The notes beneath the pieces are model-generated. The model did not search any database. It was given only the letters and a program-made list of their open reading frames with translations, and was not told where the DNA came from. From NCBI GenBank assembly GCA_965208615.1, contig CBDBPB010000006.1, positions 192,001 to 256,000 of the forward strand: a stretch of DNA of 64,000 nt, in the 5' to 3' direction. Origin of the DNA: Spirochaetota bacterium (lineage in GTDB: Bacteria; Spirochaetota; UBA6919; CBDBPB01). Of this stretch, positions 32,053-42,135 are shown in pieces (within the stretch, counting starts at the first letter, position 1; each line of letters opens with the position of its first letter). The position numbers were made by a program, and so were the translations under genes.

Positions 32053-32963
32053 TCTTTTAAATCTCTACCAGTTAGCTCTAAAAAAAGATCCTCAAGATTA
32101 GCCTCTTTAACAATCATCTTTTCAATAAAAAGTAACTTCTTTTTAGCCATATCTGTTAAAGCAGTAATAACTCCCATAGAATCCTTAGTAAAAAGAGTAG
32201 CGGTATATCCCAAAAGCTTTACCTCACTAACTCCGTCAATATTATAAAGTAAGGATATATTAACCTCATTAGTAAAATGTACGCTTATTGTACTTTTTAG
32301 ATTCCTCTTTTCAATTAAGGCTCTAGGGGTATCCAAGTCAATAATTTTACCTCTATCCATTATTGCAATACGATTACATAGTTTTTGAGCCTCTTCCATA
32401 TAATGGGTGGTTAATACAACAGTTTTATTATTATTCTTCATTTTCTCAATAATCTGCCATAAATTCCTCCTTGCATGAGGATCAATTCCAGCAGTAGGCT
32501 CATCCAAAAAAACCACCTTTGGATCGTTTACTAAGGCCAGTCCCAAAGATAGCCTTTGTTTTTGTCCTCCAGATAAATCCTTAAAATATGTGTTTTGTTT
32601 ATCTCTAAGGGATAATATATCAAGGAGTTCGTCAATATTTACAGGATTTTTATAATATCCAGCAAAAACTTTTAATGCCTCTATTACCTTAATTTTATCA
32701 TAAATACTACTGGACTGCAATTGAACACCAATAATTTGCTTAATCTTATAGTAATCTTTAGTTAGATTTTTGTCATCAATGAGAACTTCACCTTCATCAG
32801 GCTTACGCAGTCCCTCAAGGATTTCTAATGTAGTAGTTTTACCAGCTCCATTTGGCCCTAAGAATCCAAAGACCTCTCCCTGATTAATCTCAAAAGAAAC
32901 GTCATCCAAAGCTTTTAGAGAGCCGTAATACTTAAATAAGCCTTTAGCAACTATACCCGGCAT
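32049..32963 (-). CDS. ABC transporter ATP-binding protein (DrrA/NodI-like)
   Basis: GPNGAGKTT, LSGGQKQR, FLDEPTAG, TTHYMEEA, LEDLFLELTG. Confidence 0.93.
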   Translation of the reverse strand: MPGIVAKGLFKYYGSLKALDDVSFEINQGEVFGFLGPNGAGKTTTLEILEGLRKPDEGEVLIDDKNLTKDYYKIKQIIGVQLQSSSIYDKIKVIEALKVFAGYYKNPVNIDELLDILSLRDKQNTYFKDLSGGQKQRLSLGLALVNDPKVVFLDEPTAGIDPHARRNLWQIIEKMKNNNKTVVLTTHYMEEAQKLCNRIAIMDRGKIIDLDTPRALIEKRNLKSTISVHFTNEVNISLLYNIDGVSEVKLLGYTATLFTKDSMGVITALTDMAKKKLLFIEKMIVKEANLEDLFLELTGRDLKE

Positions 32964-33020
32964 TAACTCCCCTATATATTAACTAATTAGTATTAGCAAT
33001 AAGTTCTAAGGTCTTAACTT

Positions 33021-33048
33021 AAAGGTTAATACATAAAAGTTAATACAG
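33021..33048. repeat. 14-bp imperfect tandem direct repeat upstream of the ABC operon
   Basis: AAAGGTTAATACAT / AAAAGTTAATACAG. Confidence 0.45.
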
Positions 33049-33119
33049 AAAAACCTTTGGGCAAACCTATTTATGTTATTTATACCAGTTTTTAAAAAGA
33101 CTATACAAAATATAGCTTG

Positions 33120-33665
33120 CTAATCTTTTTCAGTAAAAACCTCTGCCTCAAAAAGTTCAATTTCAGCTCCCCTTTTCCACATATCCTTTGGCAATGAGGC
33201 TTTTAAACATGTATAATTTAAAAAAGCGTATTTATCCCAATTATTCTCTATTGCTACCTGAGGTAATAAAAGTCCTTTATTATACTTATGGGATATAATA
33301 ATACCATGCCTTCCAATAACAATATCTTCTGGCTTTCCTTCTTTAGGCTCAGACATAATCGATATTTCTATGTCAACATCAGAATATTCATCTTTTGACA
33401 AAGGAGAAAAACGTGGATCATTAAATGCACTAGAATATGCCATCTTATTAACAGCTTCAATAATAGGATTTATAGCCTCTATAGTACCTATACAGCCCCT
33501 AAGAACACCATTTATGTGAATAGTAACAAAAACCCCCCTCTTTTCAAAAAAGATAGGAGCCTCTAACTTAGGACTCTTATTAGAACTTCCAAAAAGCTCA
33601 ATTTCAATTACCTTTCTGACCAACAATATAAGCTCTTTGCCCTCTTTAATAGTTAACCTTTCCAT
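33120..33665 (-). CDS. AMMECR1-domain protein (AmmeMemoRadiSam system protein A)
   Basis: RGVFVT...LRGCIG, AFNDPRF, IEISI, GLLLPQVA, CLKA. Confidence 0.92.
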   Translation of the reverse strand: MERLTIKEGKELILLVRKVIEIELFGSSNKSPKLEAPIFFEKRGVFVTIHINGVLRGCIGTIEAINPIIEAVNKMAYSSAFNDPRFSPLSKDEYSDVDIEISIMSEPKEGKPEDIVIGRHGIIISHKYNKGLLLPQVAIENNWDKYAFLNYTCLKASLPKDMWKRGAEIELFEAEVFTEKD

Positions 33666-34844
33666 TAACTACTCCCCCTAAAGTTATAAAAAAAATATGA
33701 TGCAATTTCTATAATCCTCTTTGGAATACTGTCTAAGTCTAAAACTTCATCAACTCCGTCTAAATCAATGGCTACCTTAGGCATCCCAAATATTACAGAA
33801 GTTTTTTCATCCTGAGCTAAAGCTATACCCCCATTTAATTTTATCTTTCTAATCGCTTTAGCTCCATCTTTTCCCATTCCAGTCATAATAACACCAATAA
33901 TTCTATTATTAAATGCCTCAAGAGCCGAGTTAAATAATAATTCTACACTAGGTCTATGACCGCAAACCAAGCCAGATCCACTAAGCCTTATTTTTGGAGA
34001 ACCATCCAATAACTTTACTAACAAATGTCTATTTCCAGGAGCAATATATACAGTCCCTTTTTTTAATATATCTCCATCTTCTGCCTCTTTAACACTTAAA
34101 GAACATATTTCATCCAAGCCTTTGGTAAACTCATAAGTAAATCCCTCAGGCATATGTTGAACAATTAAAATAGAAAGGGGAAAGTTAGCAGGAAAACGTG
34201 GTATAATCTTCCTAAGAGCATAAGGTCCTCCAGTAGAAATACCAATAACCACAGCCTCTAATGAATTAATGGCTTTTAATTTATTCTTAAGCTCATTAGG
34301 GATTCTATTTAAAAAACTAACTTCTTTAGGTTGAGGAGAATCCCTAGTAAAGCGATCAGGAGAACTCTTTTTAGAAATCTTGTCAATCTTTTCTTTAAGA
34401 ATGTCTCTCTTATCCAAATGCTTAAAACCTATAGAATGAAAAAAACTTTATTTTAGAAATTATCTCATCCTTTATCGAATGAATATCTAAGGAAATATTT
34501 CCAGATGGCTTTACAATAAAATCTTTTGCCCCAAGCTTAATACACTCTAATGTAAGCTTGGGTCTGTTTTTACCTAAGGCACTTAATATAATTGTAGGTA
34601 TATCAATATTTAATTCCCTGCATTTCTTTAAAAACTCAATTCCATTCATTTCAGGCATTTCTATATCAAGTAATACCACATCTACATCGAGGTACTCAAT
34701 CTTCTTTAAAGCAAATATACCATTAATAGCAGTATCCACAACTCTAATACTAGAATCTTCTTCCAGCAATTTAGTAATAAACTTCCTCATCAAGGATGAA
34801 TCATCTACAACCAATACATTAATAGGCTCCAAATTATACCTCAA
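33665..34844 (-). CDS. cheB: Chemotaxis response regulator protein-glutamate methylesterase, frameshift at 34439-34445
   Basis: Receiver (VVDDS, LLDIEMP, IVKP) and esterase (GISTGGP, VQHMP, MTGMGKDG). Removing one base joins KIKFF-HSIGFKHLDKRD. Confidence 0.92.
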
Positions 34845-34960
34845 AATAATTATTTATAGGGTTAAGCTATATCAAAAAAAATAAATGAGTTCTAATATGT
34901 TTAATTATTAAAACCTTATATAGCAAACTTTATATAAATACAGACCTCCAGATACTCAAT

Positions 34961-35704
34961 TTATACCCATTTTGACGACTTTAAATAATGCCCTAAAATA
35001 GATGCAATAAGCTTTTCAATGGATAAACTAATTTCTTTCTTAAAAAAGTTATTCATTTTTAATTGGCTAACTTTATCTATTTCTAAATTAACTAAATCTA
35101 ATAAAAATCTGTATGCCCCTATAGATATTTCTTTATCATTTTTCTTATTAGAACATTCATAACAAAATATCCAACCGCTATTTGTGGATGTATAAACCTT
35201 ATTCATTTTTGACATAATCAACTTACCGCATTGACTGCAAGTTAATAAATCCGGTAAAAAGCCCAATTTCTTTAAAAGCTTTAACTGAAAACTCCTTATA
35301 AACTCATAGGAGTTATTAATACTTTTAACACAAAAAGTCAAACTATCACTTAACAAATTATAAATACTTTTATTACAACAACCAGGCTGAATAAAACAAT
35401 CAATAAATTCTGCAATATTATATAATTGATATATAATAGATAAATCCCCTTTTATCGAATTAAGAGAAGTAATAATTGAAACTTCCTTAATATAATAAAT
35501 ATCCCCTTTTTTTGATGACCTTAATACAATAGAAACCTCATTAAGGAGTTCAAATGCACTACCATAACTACTATTTGTTTTTCTAACGCCATAAGCAATA
35601 ATCTGAATTTTACCAAGTGTATCGCTTAATAGAGTTATGATTTTATGGGACTCACCAAACTCAGTTCCTTTTATTATAAATCCTCTAGATTTTATTATCT
35701 TCAT
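34961..35704 (-). CDS. recO: DNA repair protein RecO
   Basis: FGESHKIITL...GKI...AYGVRK OB-fold; CSQC...CYEC-type zinc region; LGFLPDL. Confidence 0.88.
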   Translation of the reverse strand: MKIIKSRGFIIKGTEFGESHKIITLLSDTLGKIQIIAYGVRKTNSSYGSAFELLNEVSIVLRSSKKGDIYYIKEVSIITSLNSIKGDLSIIYQLYNIAEFIDCFIQPGCCNKSIYNLLSDSLTFCVKSINNSYEFIRSFQLKLLKKLGFLPDLLTCSQCGKLIMSKMNKVYTSTNSGWIFCYECSNKKNDKEISIGAYRFLLDLVNLEIDKVSQLKMNNFFKKEISLSIEKLIASILGHYLKSSKWV

Positions 35705-35729
35705 TAGTAGTCTTAAACGAATAACCTAT

Positions 35730-36524
35730 TTAAGTTATTTTATTGTTGTTAGTTAAAATATTTTCATTATTAGGTAGGATGGCCATTTTTATTTTATTTA
35801 TTCTATTTCCATCAATGCTATCGACTTCAAATTCAAGATTATTATAAACAATTTTTTCACCTTGTTCAGGTATTCTTCCAAAAAGATTAAATATTAATCC
35901 TCCAATGGTATCAGCCTCTTTTATAGGCAGAAAAACTTTTAATGATATATTAATATCTTCTAAATATGTTCTTGAGTCTAAAAGATAATTATTTTTAGAA
36001 ATCTCAATAATAAGTTCCTCTTCTTCATCATATTCATCTTGAATCTCTCCAACAATTTCTTCTAAAACATCTTCCAATGCAACTATACCAGAAACACCTC
36101 CATATTCATCCACCACAATTGCAATATGATTTTTGCTTTCTTTTAGTTCCTTTAAAAGAGAAAGTACTTTTTTAGTCTCTGGAATAAAATAAGGTGGTCG
36201 TAATATAGACTTCAACTCTAATTCTGGCTTTTTTTGAAAAAAGAAAGTAAAAAGATCTTTAACATATAAAACTCCTATAATATCATCCACAGACTTATCC
36301 CACACAGGAAATCTTGAATGTCCCTCTTCTTTTATAACATCAATAATATCTTTAAAAGAAGACTTTAGAGAAAATGTTATAACATCAATTCTTGGAACCA
36401 TAATCTCTTTTACAGTTGTAGATCCCATAGTAGAAAGCCTGTCTATTATTTCTTTTACTACAGGGCTTTCTTCTTTTTCTTTTTCTCTTTTATCGTTTTT
36501 GCCTAGTTTAAAAAACCCTAGCAT
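35730..36524 (-). CDS. CBS-CorC/HlyC domain protein (Mg/Co efflux-associated, hemolysin C-like)
   Basis: IMVPRID, GHSRFPV, VVDEYGG, EDVLEEIVGEIQDEYD, DTIGG. Confidence 0.9.
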   Translation of the reverse strand: MLGFFKLGKNDKREKEKEESPVVKEIIDRLSTMGSTTVKEIMVPRIDVITFSLKSSFKDIIDVIKEEGHSRFPVWDKSVDDIIGVLYVKDLFTFFFQKKPELELKSILRPPYFIPETKKVLSLLKELKESKNHIAIVVDEYGGVSGIVALEDVLEEIVGEIQDEYDEEEELIIEISKNNYLLDSRTYLEDINISLKVFLPIKEADTIGGLIFNLFGRIPEQGEKIVYNNLEFEVDSIDGNRINKIKMAILPNNENILTNNNKIT

Positions 36525-36967
36525 ATATTAGTTTTAGTTACCTCCTTAAGAACTCTTTCTTCTAACTTATGCATATTTCTTTTTTCAGTATTACTTCTCT
36601 CATGGTCATAGCCCAATAGATGCAGAATACCATGGGTTAGTAGTCTTAACATTTCTTTTTCAAAAGAAACTTCATATTTATTTGCCTGTTCCGCTACCTT
36701 TTCTAAGGATATAGCAATATCACCAATATAACTATCTTCATTAGATTCAAACGCCAAAACATCTGTAGGATAATCCTTACTACGAAAGTCTTTATTAAGC
36801 CTTTTAATAGTCTTATTATCACAGAACAATAGACTAACTTCTTTTTTATCAATAGATAAGGCCTTAAGAATATTAGAGACCATCTTTCGCAAAGTTTTTA
36901 CCTTTACTATTTCAGAATACTCAGAAAAGCTTTTACATAAATCACAATTAATATCAATTTTATTCAT
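36518..36967 (-). CDS. ybeY: rRNA maturation endoribonuclease YbeY
   Basis: LNKDFRSKDYPTDVLAF, GDIAIS, HGILHLLGYDH. Confidence 0.95.
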   Translation of the reverse strand: MNKIDINCDLCKSFSEYSEIVKVKTLRKMVSNILKALSIDKKEVSLLFCDNKTIKRLNKDFRSKDYPTDVLAFESNEDSYIGDIAISLEKVAEQANKYEVSFEKEMLRLLTHGILHLLGYDHERSNTEKRNMHKLEERVLKEVTKTNIC

Positions 36968-37136
36968 ATAATCTATATTACACTAATATATACAACCAGT
37001 TATTATTATTTGATTCACATTTCTCTAAACTATAACAGTTTATTTTATTTTTGAGTAGTTACTAATATACCATAACGTTTTTAGCAACTAAATCTTACTA
37101 AATCATCTCTACTTTAAAAAACACTTAATTTAACCT

Positions 37137-37162
37137 TATAGTTATAACTCATTATAACTATA
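37137..37162. repeat. Perfect 11-4-11 inverted repeat
   Basis: TATAGTTATAA-CTCA-TTATAACTATA, immediately downstream of a predicted minus-strand -10 box. Confidence 0.6.
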
Positions 37163-37190
37163 TAATATAAAATACTATGGTTATTTGCAA
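37162..37190 (-). promoter_or_regulatory. Sigma70-type internal promoter for ybeY-corC-recO
   Basis: TTGCAA-N17-TATTAT. Confidence 0.4.
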
Positions 37191-37210
37191 GCTATTTAAT
37201 AACTCCATTT

Positions 37211-38161
37211 TTATTTTTTATCAAAAGCTTTTATAATCTCCTTAACAAGAGGATGGCGAATAATATCAGAATTATTAAAATGGATAATACTAATACCATC
37301 AATAGATTTGAGGATTTTATTAGCAATAAGAAGTCCTGAATTATTTTTTTTAGCTATGTCTATTTGAGTTAAATCTCCGGTAACTACCGTTTTTGAATGA
37401 GGACCTAATCTGGTAAGAAACATTTTCATTTGTAGTACAGTAGTATTTTGTGCTTCATCCAAAATAATAAAAGAATTATCTAAGGTTCTTCCTCTCATAT
37501 AGGCAAGAGGAGCTACCTCAATTCTGTCTTTCTCTCTAAATTTTATAAAATCTTCATAGGGTAAAATATCATAAATTGCATCAAAAAGTGGACGTAAATA
37601 AGGATTTATCTTTTGCTCTAGATCGCCTGGTAAAAAGCCAAGATTTTCTCCGGCTTCTACTATAGGTCTAGTTAAAATTAACCTTTGTATTCTATCTTCT
37701 AAAAGTGCCAATACTCCCAAAGCTACTGATAAATAAGTCTTACCCGTACCAGCTGGTCCAATACCAAAAACTAAGTCATTCTCCTTAATTGCCTTTAAAT
37801 AATCAGCTTGATTACTAGTTTTTGGCTTTATCACCTTAGCACTACGATGAATAAATATCTGATTATTGTCTAAGCTCCCTGGACAAAACCTTTCATCTTT
37901 TTTAACTTGGTGAACCATAATCTCAAGGTCGTTCCCAAAAATATTATGCCCTTTTTGGGACTCATGAAAGAGAATGTTTAAAACTTTCTCTGCCATAAAA
38001 ATATTATCTTTTTTTCCTTCTATAAAAACCCTATTTCCTTTAGGAAAGATTGACACTAAAAATTCTTTTTCTATAAACCTAATTTTATTGTCATTCTCCC
38101 CAAACAAAAGTAAGGGATTTCTTAAGTCTTCAAAAATAATCTCTTTATTTTGCATTACCAA
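37211..38161 (-). CDS. phoH: PhoH-like ATPase
   Basis: GPAGTGKTY, RPIVEAGENLGFLPGD, PLAYMRGRT, DEAQN, GDLTQID, RHPLV. Confidence 0.95.
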   Translation of the reverse strand: MVMQNKEIIFEDLRNPLLLFGENDNKIRFIEKEFLVSIFPKGNRVFIEGKKDNIFMAEKVLNILFHESQKGHNIFGNDLEIMVHQVKKDERFCPGSLDNNQIFIHRSAKVIKPKTSNQADYLKAIKENDLVFGIGPAGTGKTYLSVALGVLALLEDRIQRLILTRPIVEAGENLGFLPGDLEQKINPYLRPLFDAIYDILPYEDFIKFREKDRIEVAPLAYMRGRTLDNSFIILDEAQNTTVLQMKMFLTRLGPHSKTVVTGDLTQIDIAKKNNSGLLIANKILKSIDGISIIHFNNSDIIRHPLVKEIIKAFDKK

Positions 38162-38175
38162 AACAAAATAATATA

Positions 38176-39978
38176 TTAGCTTTTTTCTGCTATCTTAATG
38201 GATAGCTCTAATAATTGCTCATCACTCACCTCAGAAGGAGACCCACTCATTAAACATACCCCCTTTTGAGTTTTAGGAAATGCAATCACATCCCTAATAG
38301 ACCTTAACTTTTGCAAAATCATTATAATACGATCAAGTCCAAAAGCTATTCCACCATGAGGAGGAGAACCATACTTTAATGCAGATAGTAAAAAACCAAA
38401 TTTTTCTTTGGTGTTGTCTTCTGGAATATTAAGAATTTGAAAGATTTTATCCTGAACATCACTATCATGAATACGAATACTGCCTCCACCAAGCTCAACA
38501 CCATTTAAAACTAAATCATAACTTTCTGAAGTAGCTAATAACGGATTTTTAGCAAGTTCTTCAATAAGGCTATTTTTTTGATCAACTTTTTTAATACTTT
38601 CCCAATTTGGCGAGGTAAAAGGATGGTGTACCGAGCTATAGTGTTTTTCATTTTTATCATAACTAAATAAAGGAAAATCTGTTATCCATACAAAAGACAA
38701 CTTATCATTATCTATAATAGAAAGCTTTTGTGCTAATTTAAGCCTTAAATTAGCCATAGACTCATATACTATAGAACTATCATCAGCCACAAATAATAAT
38801 AAGTCTCTATCCTCACAATCCATGACTTGAAAAAGCTTATCCTGGATTTCGCTATTAAAAAACTTTACTATATTAGATTCCAAGCTATTACCTTTAACCC
38901 TCATCCAAGCGAGTCCCTTTGCACCAAATTGAGAGATATAAGCAGTTAGGTCATCAATATCTTTTCTTGATAGGCTGTTAGCATTTTTAGCATTAATACA
39001 ACAGATTTTACCATTATTTTTAATAACTTCTTTAAAAACTTTAAAGCTACAATTCTTTACCACAGATAATATATCAACTATTTCAAGTCCAAATCGAAGA
39101 TCGGGTCTATCAGTACCATATTTCTTCATAGCTTCTTTATAACTAACTATAGGAAAAGGAGTAGGAATATCAATATTATAGCAATCTTTTAGTATTCCCT
39201 TAAACATTTTATCCATTTTTTCGATAAGAACGTCTTTAGTTATAAATGACATTTCTATATCAATTTGAGTGAACTCTGGTTGACGATCAGCTCTTAGGTC
39301 TTCATCTCTGAAACATTTTACAACTTGATAATATCTATCAAAACCGCTAACCATAAGAAGCTGCTTAAATATTTGTGGAGACTGAGGTAAAGCGTAAAAC
39401 TCTCCGGTATTAACTCTACTAGGTACTATATAGTCTCTTGCTCCTTCTGGAGTAGATTTATTTAATATTGGAGTCTCAATTTCAATAAAATTATTGTCTT
39501 CAAGATAGGATCTAACATATTTAATAACTTTATGACGCATAATTAAATTATTTCGCATTTGTGAACGGCGTAAATCAAGATATCTATATTTTAGACGTAC
39601 CTCTTCATTTGTAATACTATCATCTTCCAGCAAAAAAGGCGGAGTTAAAGATGGATTAAACAATCTAACCTTATTAATTACCACTTCAACCTCACCAGTG
39701 GGAACTTTAGAATTAATCATATTCTCGCTTCTAGCAATAACCTTGCCCTCCACACCAATTACATATTCTGGCCTAAAGCCCTCTGCATCTTTATGACAAA
39801 GAGTATTTATCCTAGGATCGAATACTATTTGTACAAACCCAGATATATCCCTTAAGTCTATAAAAATAACTCCGCCATGATCCCGTATTGAGTTTACCCA
39901 GCCATTCAGCTTAATTATGCGACCAATATCTTTTTTACCTATAGTCCCGCAATAATCGGTTCTGAGAAATTCTTTCAA
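38176..39978 (-). CDS. aspS: Aspartate--tRNA ligase (possibly non-discriminating, Asp/Asn)
   Basis: RDHGG, STPEGARDY, LPQSPQ, FRDEDLRADRQPEFTQID, GGGSIRIH, PPHGGIAFGLDR. The His in RDHGG is a known non-discriminating signature. TTG start. Confidence 0.97.
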   Translation of the reverse strand: MKEFLRTDYCGTIGKKDIGRIIKLNGWVNSIRDHGGVIFIDLRDISGFVQIVFDPRINTLCHKDAEGFRPEYVIGVEGKVIARSENMINSKVPTGEVEVVINKVRLFNPSLTPPFLLEDDSITNEEVRLKYRYLDLRRSQMRNNLIMRHKVIKYVRSYLEDNNFIEIETPILNKSTPEGARDYIVPSRVNTGEFYALPQSPQIFKQLLMVSGFDRYYQVVKCFRDEDLRADRQPEFTQIDIEMSFITKDVLIEKMDKMFKGILKDCYNIDIPTPFPIVSYKEAMKKYGTDRPDLRFGLEIVDILSVVKNCSFKVFKEVIKNNGKICCINAKNANSLSRKDIDDLTAYISQFGAKGLAWMRVKGNSLESNIVKFFNSEIQDKLFQVMDCEDRDLLLFVADDSSIVYESMANLRLKLAQKLSIIDNDKLSFVWITDFPLFSYDKNEKHYSSVHHPFTSPNWESIKKVDQKNSLIEELAKNPLLATSESYDLVLNGVELGGGSIRIHDSDVQDKIFQILNIPEDNTKEKFGFLLSALKYGSPPHGGIAFGLDRIIMILQKLRSIRDVIAFPKTQKGVCLMSGSPSEVSDEQLLELSIKIAEKS

Positions 39979-40243
39979 GACGGCTCCTTTAATTTATCGT
40001 CAATTAAACATTACAATTATGATATTCTTATAAAAAAACAAGAGAATTATAAAATATATTAATATAATTAAAATTAAGGAAAAGTAAACATTATAAGCTG
40101 GATAAATAATAAACAAAAACCCTAAAATCCCTTTAACATACTAGCAAGCCAACTCTTACATCTAAAGGAATACAGAGTTATTTTTCTCAACATTTTATAA
40201 ACCACCTATCTAGTTTTAGTAAAAACAAAGGGGGGCAAAGAGA

Positions 40244-40870
40244 TTATTGGAATAATAATTTATTCAATTTTTCTTTAGAATTACTTAATACTTCCTTGTG
40301 AAGGGATTTACCATGAGAGTCCATGGTAACAATACATGGAAAATCTTCTACTTTAACTATCCAAAAAGCTTCTGGAGTTCCAAAGTCCAGTTTTTCCACG
40401 CTTAAAACCTCTTTAACACACTGTCCTATTAATACTGCGGCTCCACCAACTGCATGGAAGTAAACTGCTTTATTATCCTCACAACCTTTTAAAGTTTTAT
40501 CTCCCATTCCACCTTTTCCAATAACACCTCGGAGTCCAAAAAGTTTAATCACATCAGCTTGATATGGCTCCTCTCTAATACTAGTTGTAGGTCCAGCGGC
40601 TACAACGTTATAAATACTATTTTCTTCCCTAATTATAGGCCCACAGTGATATATAACTCCTTGATTAAGATAGCCATAAAGCTTATCAAATATCTTTTTG
40701 TCATCGCCCATTGGATCCTTATTAATAAAGTTTTCAACTATATATTTATGAGCAACATCCCTGGCCGTAACTAATACACCGCTTAATAAACAGCTATCCC
40801 CCACTTTTAACTTTGAGATAGTCTCTTCTGATATAGGAATAGTTAATTTAATCAATTTTGTATTCTCCAT
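40244..40870 (-). CDS. Class I (Fe-S) fumarate hydratase, beta subunit
   Basis: TARDVAH, YHCGP, AGPTTSIREE, GKGGM, MDSHG. Confidence 0.9.
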   Translation of the reverse strand: MENTKLIKLTIPISEETISKLKVGDSCLLSGVLVTARDVAHKYIVENFINKDPMGDDKKIFDKLYGYLNQGVIYHCGPIIREENSIYNVVAAGPTTSIREEPYQADVIKLFGLRGVIGKGGMGDKTLKGCEDNKAVYFHAVGGAAVLIGQCVKEVLSVEKLDFGTPEAFWIVKVEDFPCIVTMDSHGKSLHKEVLSNSKEKLNKLLFQ

Positions 40871-41717
40871 CAGCTTTTAATGTCATTATTTTTCGTCTTG
40901 CGGCCCAACATAGATAACTAATGGTAACGTAAAAGGTTGCAGGATGTCTATGATAGCTTCCAATCTTTACACCTAAAAGAGTAGTAAAACCCCCAAAACC
41001 CATAGGCCCTATACCCAGCTTATTAGCAGACTCTAAAACATTTTTTTCTAGAATAGATAGCTCCTTATCTTGGTTCTCATCATCAAGTTTTCTAAAAAGC
41101 TGTTTCTTAGACAAATAATACCCCCCAGCGCGATCAGCACCAAGAGCAATTCCCAGTATACCAGGTGCACACCCCATACCCTGAGCTTTAAATACACCAT
41201 CTAAAATACATTTCCTTACACCATCAAGGTCTCTTCCTGCTTCAATATTAGAGTCGGGTAGCTTATACTGTATTCCTACATTCTCACTACCGCCACCTTT
41301 AAGCATAAAGCGAATCTCATAGTAGTCTTTTTCCCATTCATTAAAGTATATAGAAGGAGAAGCACTTCCAATATTATTCCCTGTATTCTCGCCAGAAACG
41401 CTATGAACTGCATTAGGTCTTAAGATATTTTGTTTAGTAGCTTCTTTTATAGCCTCAATAGCCTCACTACGCATCTTTATTGTAGAACTACCACTTGGAT
41501 AACTAATATCCATGAATATCATACCAGTATCCTGACAAATAGGAGTATAGCTATTTTTAGCCAAATCTATATTCTCTAAGATAGTAGACAACACAGACTT
41601 AGCATTACTATTACCTTCTTCTTTATCTTTCATTATTCTAATTTGATTAACTACATCATTTGGAAGGCTTGTTGATGCCTTTTTTATTAACTCTAAAATA
41701 GGTTCTTTAAAGTTCAA
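40848..41717 (-). CDS. Class I (Fe-S) fumarate hydratase, alpha subunit
   Basis: PICQDTG, KGGGSEN, GCAPG, GIGPMGFGG, CWAARR. TTG start. Confidence 0.9.
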   Translation of the reverse strand: MNFKEPILELIKKASTSLPNDVVNQIRIMKDKEEGNSNAKSVLSTILENIDLAKNSYTPICQDTGMIFMDISYPSGSSTIKMRSEAIEAIKEATKQNILRPNAVHSVSGENTGNNIGSASPSIYFNEWEKDYYEIRFMLKGGGSENVGIQYKLPDSNIEAGRDLDGVRKCILDGVFKAQGMGCAPGILGIALGADRAGGYYLSKKQLFRKLDDENQDKELSILEKNVLESANKLGIGPMGFGGFTTLLGVKIGSYHRHPATFYVTISYLCWAARRKIMTLKADGEYKID

Positions 41718-42135
41718 TAATCTTACCCCAATAGTTTTATAGTATTCTAATTATAATATTCACTAAAGCAGTTAATTTAAAAATTATTCGCATTGCTTTA
41801 AATCAGATTTTTTACAGAAAATATTATTAGCAATTGCTTTTGTATCATCTATACATCCTAATTGTATAAATAAAATCAAGATAAAATGTAAAACAATAAA
41901 CAGCGTACTAACCCGCCTCATTAAAACCCCTCTATACATAAATAGTAATTTTATATAATTGTATAAAGATAATATAACTATAAAATAAAGTCAAATTCTT
42001 ATTGCTATAAGAGCCTTTAGTAGGTATAATAAAACGTTTCTTTAGAATCATTTATAATTTATTCTAAAGACAAATAACTATACAATAAAAAAATTAATTA
42101 ACAAAACAATAACAAAAATAATTATATTAACTTTT

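Noticed and set aside
33058-33100. GGGCAAACC resembling the start of a c-di-GMP-I riboswitch
   Set aside because: No GNRA-capped P2 or GACGCAAAG follows, and it is on the opposite strand from the flanking genes.
33665-34844. Separate CheY-like receiver plus stand-alone methylesterase
   Set aside because: One base removed from a 7-nt homopolymer restores a continuous canonical CheB.
40244-41717. Fumarase alpha/beta split as another frameshift artefact
   Set aside because: Two-subunit class I fumarases are well known, the beta ORF has its own ATG, and there is no long homopolymer at the junction. A fusion is not formally excluded.
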